This document shows, piece after piece, positions 38,760 to 46,429 of a DNA stretch of 64,000 bases (positions are counted from its first letter, which is position 1; each line of letters starts with the position of its first letter). Below the pieces are notes generated by a model. The model ran no database searches and had not been told where the DNA came from. It worked only from the letters and a program-made list of their open reading frames with translations. Where the stretch lies: positions 127,587 through 191,586 of the forward strand of contig DAIDLE010000002.1 in the NCBI GenBank assembly GCA_027449665.1, in the 5' to 3' direction. This DNA is from Acidimicrobiaceae bacterium. Lineage in GTDB: Bacteria; Actinomycetota; Acidimicrobiia; Acidimicrobiales; RAAP-2. The translations under genes were made by a program, and so were the position numbers.

Positions 38760-39755
38760 ATGGATGTGGTACCGGGATGTGGAGGTGGCGCAGTGACGAA
38801 CGTGGTAGCGCGGGTTGATCGCCTCGGTCTCGTCGGTTCCGGGATTCGTGATTGGGGCGTCAAGGCCCTCGAGCGGCGTCGTCGCACGCTCCAGATCATT
38901 CTTGGTTTCGTGTGGCTGATCGACGCAGCCCTGCAGTTCCAGCCCTACATGTTCACCAGGGCCTTCGTAACCGGTGCGCTGACGCCGACGGCGTCGGGGA
39001 ATCCCTGGCTGCTCTACCGGCCAATGATCTGGGCCGACAGTTTCATGGCGCACGACATTGCGTGGTGGAACGTGCTCTTCGCTACCATCCAATTGGCGAT
39101 CGCGATCGGACTCTTCTACCGACCCATGGTGCGTTGGGCGCTCGGACTGTCGGTGGTCTGGGGCGTAGCGGTGTGGTGGTTCGCCGAAGGCTTCGGTGGC
39201 ATCTTCACGGGCTCGTCGCCGCTCTCGGGCGAGCCAGGAGCCGTCGCGCTCTACGTGGTCGCGGCCGTGCTGGTGTGGCCGACGTCGGGTCGCGGCGCCG
39301 CGACCTCGGTAGCCGAGCGCAGCCCGTGGGGACGCGGCGCTGTGGCGCTGTGGATCGTCCTGTGGGGGAACTTCACCGTTTACCTGCTCACCCCGTCCAA
39401 TCGGTCGGCCCAGGGCCTGCGTTCGCTGATCGCGGGCATGGGTGCGGGCGAGCCGGGCTGGATTCAGTCCCTCGATCGGGGACTCGCGAACCTGGTGAGT
39501 GGGCGTGGCGTGGTGATCTCGGTGTTGCTCGCCGTGGTGTGCGCGGGTATCGCGGTTGGCGTACTCGTTCCGTCACTGACGCGCGCCGCGGTGGTCGCCG
39601 CCGTCGTCGTTGCGGCCGTCATCTGGCTCACCCAGGACTTCGGCGGCGTGCTCACGTCCCAGGGGACCGACGTCAACTCCGGCCCGCTGATCGCCCTGCT
39701 CGCGCTGGCGTACTGGCCGATGATCTCCGACCGAGCGCAGTCACCGTCGAACTGA
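38760..39755 (+). CDS. integral membrane protein, unknown function
   Basis: Multiple hydrophobic helices (ILGFVWLIDAALQF, LFATIQLAIAIGLFY, VVWGVAVWWFAEGFGG and others). The start is set at ATG 38760 because the upstream part of the ORF overlaps dnaB. Confidence 0.55.
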   Translation: MDVVPGCGGGAVTNVVARVDRLGLVGSGIRDWGVKALERRRRTLQIILGFVWLIDAALQFQPYMFTRAFVTGALTPTASGNPWLLYRPMIWADSFMAHDIAWWNVLFATIQLAIAIGLFYRPMVRWALGLSVVWGVAVWWFAEGFGGIFTGSSPLSGEPGAVALYVVAAVLVWPTSGRGAATSVAERSPWGRGAVALWIVLWGNFTVYLLTPSNRSAQGLRSLIAGMGAGEPGWIQSLDRGLANLVSGRGVVISVLLAVVCAGIAVGVLVPSLTRAAVVAAVVVAAVIWLTQDFGGVLTSQGTDVNSGPLIALLALAYWPMISDRAQSPSN

Positions 39756-39794
39756 CGTCGGGGGACCGGTCCTTGCGGGCCCCGGCGCGGGTCG

Positions 39795-41216
39795 CTAGCG
39801 ACCCAATGGCCGGGCGTCGACCGGTACCCGGTGCAGGGGTACCGTTGCGTCAACGGTGGTGCCCGAGCCGATCGACGAGGTGACCTCGCAGCGGCCATCG
39901 AGCAGGTTCGCGCGTTCGCGCATGCTCAAGATGCCCAAGTGGCTGCCGCCGATCAGTGCGACGCGGTCGAGGTCGAACCCGGTGCCGTCGTCGACGATGG
40001 TCACGCGGGCGGTGTCGGCGTCGTAGTGAATCGAGACGACGAGACGGGCGGCTTGGGCGTGACGAACGGCGTTGCGAACGGCCTCTTGGACGATTCGAAA
40101 TAGTCCGACTTCGGATTCGGGCGATCCCGAGGCGACCTCGCCGGTCACGACGAAGTCGGTCACCAGACCTTCGTCGACTTCGAGATCGACGAGCAGGCCA
40201 CGAACGGCGGCGACGAGTCCGTGCTGGTCCAGGCCCGCGGGGTGCAGACCGCGGGTCACGTCGCGCAGGTGGCCAACGACGTTCAGCAGCTCGTCGCGCA
40301 CGGCCCCGAACTGCTCGTAGCCGGCGTCGTCGTCGGGCGAGCCCAAGGTCTCGAGTCGTCTCGCCAGCTGCAAGAGCCGCTGCAGGGGATCGTCGTGTAT
40401 CTCTCGCGCGATGCGTCGTCGCTCGTCTTCTTGTGCGCGCAGGACCTCCATTGCCCAGGCGCGCGCCTCGCGCTCGGAGCGGTACTCTTCGGTCACGTCC
40501 TCGAGGACGACCTGACGCATGGGCCCGAGCGCGCTGGGCTCGAGGTTGGAGACTGAAAGCCGGAACGTTCGCTCGTCGCCGTCCACGCTCATCGACAGCT
40601 GCGTGGCCCGGCCGTCGGCCACGTCGGCGCTGGCGAGTCCGATGAGATCGGCCACGGAGCGTCCGAGCACGTCGCCCCAGATGCGCTGCGCGGCCGGATT
40701 GGCCTCGTGGACCACGCCAGCCGGGTCGATCAGCACGATCGGCGACGCGTTGGCGTCAAAGAGGCGATGGTAGTGGATCTCGGCGGCGCGACGTTCCGCT
40801 TCGGCGACCTCCGCGCGCGCCCGCTCGAGGTGAGCGCGTTCGATCTCGAGTCCGACGAACAGGGCGACGACGAACACCACCGAGAGCTGGACCAGGTCTT
40901 GGGCGTAGTGTCCCCGATCGTCGGGCAAGAGGACGTCAGGCAGCCACAAGATGATCGCCCACACGGTGGTCGCCGCCGACCCCGACAGGCCGTAGCGCAG
41001 GGCGGCGTAGCCCACGGGAATCAGCAGCAGATCGATCGGCACCCCGTAGGGCAGCACGCTGCCCTTGAGCAGGTTCTGGGTGTCGACGATGACGTGGATG
41101 ACTGCCCAGAAGACGATCATCGACTGCACCGCCCAGAAGGCGCGGTCGCGTATCGGCGGATGCAGCGCCCGTACCAGGATCTGGTGGATCGGGATGCGGG
41201 AGTTGTCGGCGTTCAC
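39795..41216 (-). CDS. sensor histidine kinase (multi-TM N-terminus, PAS-like, HisKA_3, HATPase_c)
   Basis: H-box EDERRRIAREIHDDPLQRL and ATPase motifs VRNAVRHA, DDGTGF and GSHLGILSMRERA. The GTG start forms a GTGA overlap with the stop of the upstream response regulator. Confidence 0.85.
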   Translation of the reverse strand: MNADNSRIPIHQILVRALHPPIRDRAFWAVQSMIVFWAVIHVIVDTQNLLKGSVLPYGVPIDLLLIPVGYAALRYGLSGSAATTVWAIILWLPDVLLPDDRGHYAQDLVQLSVVFVVALFVGLEIERAHLERARAEVAEAERRAAEIHYHRLFDANASPIVLIDPAGVVHEANPAAQRIWGDVLGRSVADLIGLASADVADGRATQLSMSVDGDERTFRLSVSNLEPSALGPMRQVVLEDVTEEYRSEREARAWAMEVLRAQEDERRRIAREIHDDPLQRLLQLARRLETLGSPDDDAGYEQFGAVRDELLNVVGHLRDVTRGLHPAGLDQHGLVAAVRGLLVDLEVDEGLVTDFVVTGEVASGSPESEVGLFRIVQEAVRNAVRHAQAARLVVSIHYDADTARVTIVDDGTGFDLDRVALIGGSHLGILSMRERANLLDGRCEVTSSIGSGTTVDATVPLHRVPVDARPLGR

Positions 41217-41887
41217 TTCGTGGGGTGGGGCGAGGCGAGGTGGTGCTCGATGGCGAAGATCGTGGCCTCGGTACGCGAGCGAACGCCGAGCTTGTTGAGT
41301 ATCGCCGAGACGTAGCTCTCGATGGTTCGCAGTCCAATGCCGAGCTCGAGGGCGATCTCCTTGTTCGAGCGGCCCCGCACGAGTGCGGCGATGACGTCGA
41401 GCTCGCGGGCGGTCAGCCGTCGGATCCACTCATCCTCGGGTTGCTGGTGGCGTCCGGCGAGGCGGTGCGAGAGTGTGCCATCGATCACGGTGCCGCCGAA
41501 GGCGACGGTTCGCGCCGCGGCAACGAACTCCGCGGCGCTCGCGGTCTTGAGCAGGTAGCCGCCAGCGCCCGCCGCGAAGGCTTCGGAAAAGTAGACGTAG
41601 TCGTCGTGGGCCGAGAGCATCAGGCAGCGAACCGGCAGATTCTCGGCGATGACGCCGCGCACGATGTCGACGCCGCTGCCGTCGGGAAGCTCGACGTCGA
41701 TCACCAGCAGGTCGGGGCGAAGGCGCCGCGCTGCGGCCAGGGCTTCGGCGACCGAGCCCACCTCGTCGACGACCACGACGTCGGGGTCGCGCTCGAGCAT
41801 GCGACGCGTTCCCTGGCGAACGACCTCGTGGTCGTCGACGACGATCACGGTAATGGGCGTTTGCGCAGCCGCATCGGAGTCGGACAC
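41213..41887 (-). CDS. NarL/LuxR-family response regulator
   Basis: Receiver domain (VIVVDDHEVV...LLVIDVELPDGSG...KTASA) plus a LuxR HTH (LTARELDVIAALVRGRSNKEIALELGIGLRTIESYVSAILNKLG). Confidence 0.9.
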   Translation of the reverse strand: MSDSDAAAQTPITVIVVDDHEVVRQGTRRMLERDPDVVVVDEVGSVAEALAAARRLRPDLLVIDVELPDGSGVDIVRGVIAENLPVRCLMLSAHDDYVYFSEAFAAGAGGYLLKTASAAEFVAAARTVAFGGTVIDGTLSHRLAGRHQQPEDEWIRRLTARELDVIAALVRGRSNKEIALELGIGLRTIESYVSAILNKLGVRSRTEATIFAIEHHLASPHPTK

Positions 41888-41922
41888 GGGTTCACCTTAC
41901 GGCGCGACCCCCGGGCAACTTA

Positions 41923-41937
41923 CCGTGGTTCCACGGG
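41923..41937. promoter_or_regulatory. inverted-repeat operator candidate CCGTGGTTCCACGGG (copy 1)
   Basis: A half-site, 2 bp spacer, half-site palindrome lying 36 nt upstream of the response-regulator start codon. An identical 15-mer recurs at 42103. Confidence 0.4.
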
Positions 41938-42101
41938 TCTAAAGACCTGAAATTGCACGTTGCGACTGATCGGACGGTGTGGACGATGCCCCCCAGTGGT
42001 CGTCCCGTGAGCGGCGGCGGTGAGGTCACGGCACGTGAGCGACCAGACGTCGGGGCTGTCGCGGGTACCGAACCAAGCATCGGCGCACGGCGGTCGAGGG
42101 A

Positions 42102-42117
42102 CCCGTGGTTCCACGGG
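42102..42117. promoter_or_regulatory. inverted-repeat operator candidate CCCGTGGTTCCACGGG (copy 2, perfect 7-2-7)
   Basis: A perfect 16-bp palindrome lying 100 nt upstream of the first cupredoxin gene ATG. Confidence 0.4.
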
Positions 42118-42216
42118 ACGACAGACCCGAGGGAATCCTCTAGCGGCCCGATGCGCGCCGACCAAGGATGGTCGAGGTCACCGTCACCATCTCGATGGCG
42201 ACCGGGAGGAGCAGTG

Positions 42217-42780
42217 ATGAGTAGTGGTTCGACCGTAGTGAGTCAAGGTCCCCGCGAGACCGAGTCCCACCGGTTGCGTGGCCTCTTGACACTGGTGACG
42301 GGCATCGTGCTCGTCGCGGCGGTGGTCTTCGCCATCACGGCCGGCGTCGGCGCGATCTGGCACAAGGTGACCGCGACGCCCGCGACGAGCGCGGCGCCGG
42401 CGAGCGCCGCCACGCCAGCCGCGGACACCGCGGCGGTGCAGATCAAACTCGCGGTGAACCCGCCGCCGCTCGGTGGCGTGAAGGGGTCCGACGGACTCAT
42501 CCACGACGCCTTCGTTCCCGCGTCGTTCACCATGACGGTTGGCACCACCTACGACGTCACGATCTACAACTACGACACCCAGTCTCACTCGTGGATGTCG
42601 CCCTCGCTCAACGTCGACGCGGTCGCGCCGGCGGGCAGCGCGACGTCGCCGTCGGTGACGCACTTCACGATTACGCCCAAGTCGGCGGGAACCTTCCAGT
42701 GGTTCTGCGCCTTGCCGTGTGACAAGTGGGCCATGGCCCACAACGGCTTCATGCGCGGCTACGTCACCGTCAAGGCGTGA
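42217..42780 (+). CDS. membrane-anchored COX2/CuA-like cupredoxin (paralog 1)
   Basis: The ATG follows GGGAGGAGCAGTG. An N-terminal anchor (LLTLVTGIVLVAAVVFAITAGVGAIW) precedes a cupredoxin C-terminus with SHSW...FQWFCALPCDKWAMAHNGFMRGYVTV, i.e. H...Cx3Cx6Hx3M. Confidence 0.75.
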   Translation: MSSGSTVVSQGPRETESHRLRGLLTLVTGIVLVAAVVFAITAGVGAIWHKVTATPATSAAPASAATPAADTAAVQIKLAVNPPPLGGVKGSDGLIHDAFVPASFTMTVGTTYDVTIYNYDTQSHSWMSPSLNVDAVAPAGSATSPSVTHFTITPKSAGTFQWFCALPCDKWAMAHNGFMRGYVTVKA

Positions 42781-42851
42781 GACCCGCCCCGCCGACGAGC
42801 CAGTTACGGACCACCAGTGATGAGCAGTACTCAAACAAAAGGAGATAAGTA

Positions 42852-43415
42852 ATGAAGCACCCCCTCACCAAGACCGTTGGCCTGATGTTGGCCGTCGCAC
42901 CACTGGTCGCCACTGGCGTGGTAAATGGCGCGAGCGCCGCCACGTCGATTCACGTGACCGAGGTGATGCAAATCCTGACCACGGGAACGTTGGCGGGTAG
43001 CGGTCAGCAGCCCAAGATCACGAACTCGTCGTGGACCGTGAAGAAGGGCGAGACCGTCACCGTGAAGATCGTCAGCTTTGACGACGGCACCGCGCCGTTG
43101 ATGGGCCAGTACATGAAGTACGCGAAGGTCATGGGCACCACCAACGGCAAGGAGACCGTAGCGGGCAAGTCGGTCACCAACGTGTCCGACATCAACGTCG
43201 CCCACACGTTCACGATCAAGGGCCTCGGTTTCAACATGCCGATCCCCGCCGCGCCGACCGGCAAGTCCGTCACCGTCGTGGCGACGTTCGTGCCCACCAA
43301 GACTGGCACGTTCGTCTGGAACTGCTTCGCCCCGTGCGGCACCGGCACGACCGGTATGGGCGGCGCGATGAAGACCATGGGCTGGATGACCGGCAAGGTA
43401 AAGGTCATCTCGTGA
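42852..43415 (+). CDS. secreted COX2/CuA-like cupredoxin (paralog 2)
   Basis: Strong RBS AAAAGGAG and a Sec signal peptide ending GASAA. The sequence NVAHTFTIKGLGFNMPIPAAP...GTFVWNCFAPCGTGTTGMGGAMKTMGWM aligns by eye to the COX2 CuA segment. Confidence 0.8.
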   Translation: MKHPLTKTVGLMLAVAPLVATGVVNGASAATSIHVTEVMQILTTGTLAGSGQQPKITNSSWTVKKGETVTVKIVSFDDGTAPLMGQYMKYAKVMGTTNGKETVAGKSVTNVSDINVAHTFTIKGLGFNMPIPAAPTGKSVTVVATFVPTKTGTFVWNCFAPCGTGTTGMGGAMKTMGWMTGKVKVIS

Positions 43416-44152
43416 GTGCCCGCCGAGCCACGAACGCGGGCGAGCCGGGGCGCGCTGACGGCCCCGGACCGCTCGCGCGGCTCGGCGCGGTCGACCCGCT
43501 CGAGCGACTCGGCCGCCTGAGCTGGCGTCGCCCCGTTCGAGCCTCGCGCAACGTCGGCCTCGTCGCCGTCTCGCTCGTCGGGATCCTCCTCGGGCTGGCC
43601 GTCACGGTGGCCCTAGTCGGCGGCATCGCGTCGGGGGTCGTTCGCGCGACACGCCCTGGCGCGCCGGCGACCCCGGCGGTGCGCGGCCACGTCACCGAGG
43701 TTATGAAGATCCTCACGACGGGGAACCTGCCGGGAACGGGGAATCAGCCCCAGTACACGAACGCCGACTGGACCGTCCACGTGAATGAGCGCGTGACGGT
43801 GAAGATCATCAGTTTCGACGACGGCACCGCGCCACTGATGGGATCCCAGATGATGTACGACCACGTCGTTGGCTCAACGACCGGCGACGAGCTGGTGGCC
43901 GGTCGGCCCGTGTCCTCGGTGTCTGACACCAACGTGGCGCACACGTTCACGGTGGTGGGACTCACGTTCAACATGCCGATCCCGGCCGCGCCGACGGGCA
44001 AGTCGGTGACGGTCGAGGCGACGTTCGTGCCGACCAAGACCGGAACCTTTACGTGGCAGTGCTACGCCCCGTGCGGCGCCGGCACGAACGGGATGGGTGG
44101 GGCAATGGCGACGATGAAGTGGATGGAAGGACAAATCAAGGTGATCGCATGA
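43412..44152 (+). CDS. membrane-anchored COX2/CuA-like cupredoxin (paralog 3)
   Basis: A GTGA overlap joins it to paralog 2. It has an N-terminal anchor (VGLVAVSLVGILLGLAVTVALVGG). Its mature part is closely similar to paralog 2 (HVTEVMKILTTGNLPGTGNQP..., TWQCYAPCGAGTNGMGGAMATMKWM). Confidence 0.8.
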   Translation: MSARRATNAGEPGRADGPGPLARLGAVDPLERLGRLSWRRPVRASRNVGLVAVSLVGILLGLAVTVALVGGIASGVVRATRPGAPATPAVRGHVTEVMKILTTGNLPGTGNQPQYTNADWTVHVNERVTVKIISFDDGTAPLMGSQMMYDHVVGSTTGDELVAGRPVSSVSDTNVAHTFTVVGLTFNMPIPAAPTGKSVTVEATFVPTKTGTFTWQCYAPCGAGTNGMGGAMATMKWMEGQIKVIA

Positions 44153-45003
44153 CGACGACACACGACGACGAAACTCGGATGGACGATGGCGAGCGCGACG
44201 ACCTCACCGTCGCCGCGGTGACAATTGGACGGCGCGGGCTGCTGCGAGCCGCGGCTCTCGGCGGTATCGGCTTGGGCGTGCTCGGGGCGCTGACCGAAAC
44301 GGTGGCCGCCGCGTCGCAGCCGGCGACGACGACGCCGTCGAGCCCGACCAAGCAGTGGTGCATGATTATCGATCTGCGTCTCTGCAATGGCTGCAAGCTC
44401 TGCACGACCGCCTGCCAGACGGCCCACTACCTGCACGAGGACCAGACCTGGATGAATGTCTACACGATGCAGAACGCCGCGGGCGAGGACTACTTCATGC
44501 CGCGGCCGTGCATGATGTGCGAAGACCCGGCGTGCGTGCCGGTCTGTCCGGTCGGCGCGAACTTTCGCACTGACGAGGGCCTGGTGCTGGTGGACCAGAA
44601 CAAGTGCATCGGCACGCGCATCTGCATGAACGCCTGTCCCTACGACGCGCGCTACTTCAACTGGACGGCGCCGCTGCCCGCGCCGCGCCAGCCATTCAAG
44701 CAGGAGCCGGAGTGGCCGGTGCCCCAAGTCATTGGCACGGTCGGCAAGTGCATCAACTGCGCGGCGATGCTGCCGTCGGGCCAGCTGCCCGAGTGCGTCA
44801 GCAACTGCCCGATGGGCGTGCTCTACTTCGGCGACCTGACCTCGGACGTGGCGGTGAACGGCATGGGTGCCACCGTCAAGATCTCGACCTTCCTCGCCGA
44901 GAACGACGCGGTCGTCTTCAAGGAAGAGTACGGCACCCACCCGCGGGTCTACTACATCCCGGGCCACGGACAGGACTTGAACAACAACCCGAGCGCGTCG
45001 TGA
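44149..45003 (+). CDS. Tat-exported four-cluster iron-sulfur protein (NrfC/PsrB/DmsB/NosG family)
   Basis: An ATGA overlap joins it to paralog 3, and the Tat motif is IGRRGLLRAAALGG. The Cys groups are CNGCKLCTTAC, CMMCEDPACVPVCP, CIGTRICMNACP and CINCAAMLPSGQLPECVSNCP. Confidence 0.9.
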   Translation: MTTTHDDETRMDDGERDDLTVAAVTIGRRGLLRAAALGGIGLGVLGALTETVAAASQPATTTPSSPTKQWCMIIDLRLCNGCKLCTTACQTAHYLHEDQTWMNVYTMQNAAGEDYFMPRPCMMCEDPACVPVCPVGANFRTDEGLVLVDQNKCIGTRICMNACPYDARYFNWTAPLPAPRQPFKQEPEWPVPQVIGTVGKCINCAAMLPSGQLPECVSNCPMGVLYFGDLTSDVAVNGMGATVKISTFLAENDAVVFKEEYGTHPRVYYIPGHGQDLNNNPSAS

Positions 45004-45025
45004 CGCGCCGAACAGGAGAGATTCG

Positions 45026-46429
45026 ATGACTGACGTTCTAGATCCCGTCTCGACGGGCCGCGCGAAGCCAGGTAACGCCGACCTGCGCGCTGTCGCAATG
45101 CGGCCGGTGCTCGAGACCCCGGGGTGGTGGTGGCCCGCCGTCGTGGTGCTCGGTGCCGTCGTGGTGCTCGGCGTCGTGGCCTGGGTCTACCAGGTGGCCA
45201 ACGGACTCGGCGTCGCCGGTTACGGCGACGGCGCGTTCTGGGCGATCTACGAGGCGAACCTCGTCGCCTTCATCGGCGTGAGCTACGGCGGGGCGGTGGT
45301 CTCGGCGATCTTGCGTCTCACGCACGCCGAGTGGCGCGCGCCCCTCACGCGCATCGCCGAGGCGACGGCGCTCGTGACCCTGCCTATCGGGATGGTCTTC
45401 ATCATCCCCCACCTGGGGAGCCCGAGCCGGGTCTGGGAGCTCGTCTGGCCCACCTACTGGAACCTCTCCTCGCCGATCCTGTGGGACTTCTTTGCGGTGA
45501 GCACCTACCTGCTCGCCACCATCGTCTTCTTCTACCTCCCGCTGATCCCTGACGCGGCGATCGCCCTCGAGCGTTTCGACGTCGAGCCGACGAGCGGACG
45601 CCTGCGCGTTCGCCAGTCGCTCTACCGGGTGTTGGTCGGTCGCTTCGGGGGCACGCCCTACGAGCGTCGCCGGCTGAACGGCGCGATCGGCCTCGTCGCG
45701 ATCATGATCATCCCGATGGCGGTGTCGGTGCACTCGGTGCTGTCCTTCGCCTTCGCGTCATCCTCGCGCGCCGGGTACTTGGAGACGATCCTGCCGGTCT
45801 ACTTCGTGGTCGCGGCGCTCTACTCGGGCGTGGCTCTCGTCGTGCTGACCGTCGCCGCGTCGCGCCGGCTCTTCCACCTCGAGGCCTTCATCACCCCGCG
45901 CCACTTCGTGCGGCTGGGCTTCTTGATGATCGCCTTCGGCGCGGCCTACCTGTACCTCACCTTCACCGAGTACCTGATTGACGGGTACTCGGGCACCACG
46001 GGCGCCGCGGCGTGGGTGTACCAGATCGTCGCCGGTCGCTACGCGATTCCGTTCTGGCTGTACTTCTTCGCGGGAGGGGTTATCCCCCTGGTCATCATGG
46101 CGTTTCGCCGGCTGCGCACCACCACGGGCGTGGTCGTCGCGTCAACGCTGGTGGTGCTCTCGCTCTGGATCAAGCGGCTCGTGATCGTCATCCCCCCGGC
46201 GACCGAGCCGCTTGTGAACTCGCCGCTGAAGAGCGCGGGGGTGCTCGCGGGGAACTGGGGCACGTACCACTTCACGTGGGTGCCGATCTCGATCACCGTG
46301 GCGGCCACCGCGGCCATCCCGCTGCTCTTGCTCGTCGTGTTCCGCTTCGTGCCCATTCTGTCCATGGCCGAGATCGAGGAGATCGACGAGGCGCACGAGC
46401 GCGCAACGGTGCAGGAGGTGGGAGCGTGA
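45026..46429 (+). CDS. NrfD/PsrC/ActC/NosH-family integral membrane quinone-interacting subunit
   Basis: 467 aa with about 10 hydrophobic segments counted by eye. It lies immediately downstream of the NrfC-like gene, and the ATG follows an AGGAGAG RBS. Confidence 0.85.
   Translation: MTDVLDPVSTGRAKPGNADLRAVAMRPVLETPGWWWPAVVVLGAVVVLGVVAWVYQVANGLGVAGYGDGAFWAIYEANLVAFIGVSYGGAVVSAILRLTHAEWRAPLTRIAEATALVTLPIGMVFIIPHLGSPSRVWELVWPTYWNLSSPILWDFFAVSTYLLATIVFFYLPLIPDAAIALERFDVEPTSGRLRVRQSLYRVLVGRFGGTPYERRRLNGAIGLVAIMIIPMAVSVHSVLSFAFASSSRAGYLETILPVYFVVAALYSGVALVVLTVAASRRLFHLEAFITPRHFVRLGFLMIAFGAAYLYLTFTEYLIDGYSGTTGAAAWVYQIVAGRYAIPFWLYFFAGGVIPLVIMAFRRLRTTTGVVVASTLVVLSLWIKRLVIVIPPATEPLVNSPLKSAGVLAGNWGTYHFTWVPISITVAATAAIPLLLLVVFRFVPILSMAEIEEIDEAHERATVQEVGA

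Noticed and set aside
41953-42216. The long N-terminal extension of cupredoxin paralog 1 (ORF-track start at 41953)
   Set aside because: The extension is Arg/Pro/Gly-rich, covers the promoter region with both palindromes, and lacks an RBS. The ATG at 42217 has GGGAGGAG upstream and yields a normal signal-anchor N-terminus.
44062-44967. A 301 aa ORF antisense to the NrfC-like gene; similar cases are 34512-35459 opposite panB and 47124-47993 opposite the ABC ATPase
   Set aside because: These are Arg/His/Ala-rich shadow ORFs. The sense strands carry textbook motifs (Cys clusters, panB motifs, Walker A/B).
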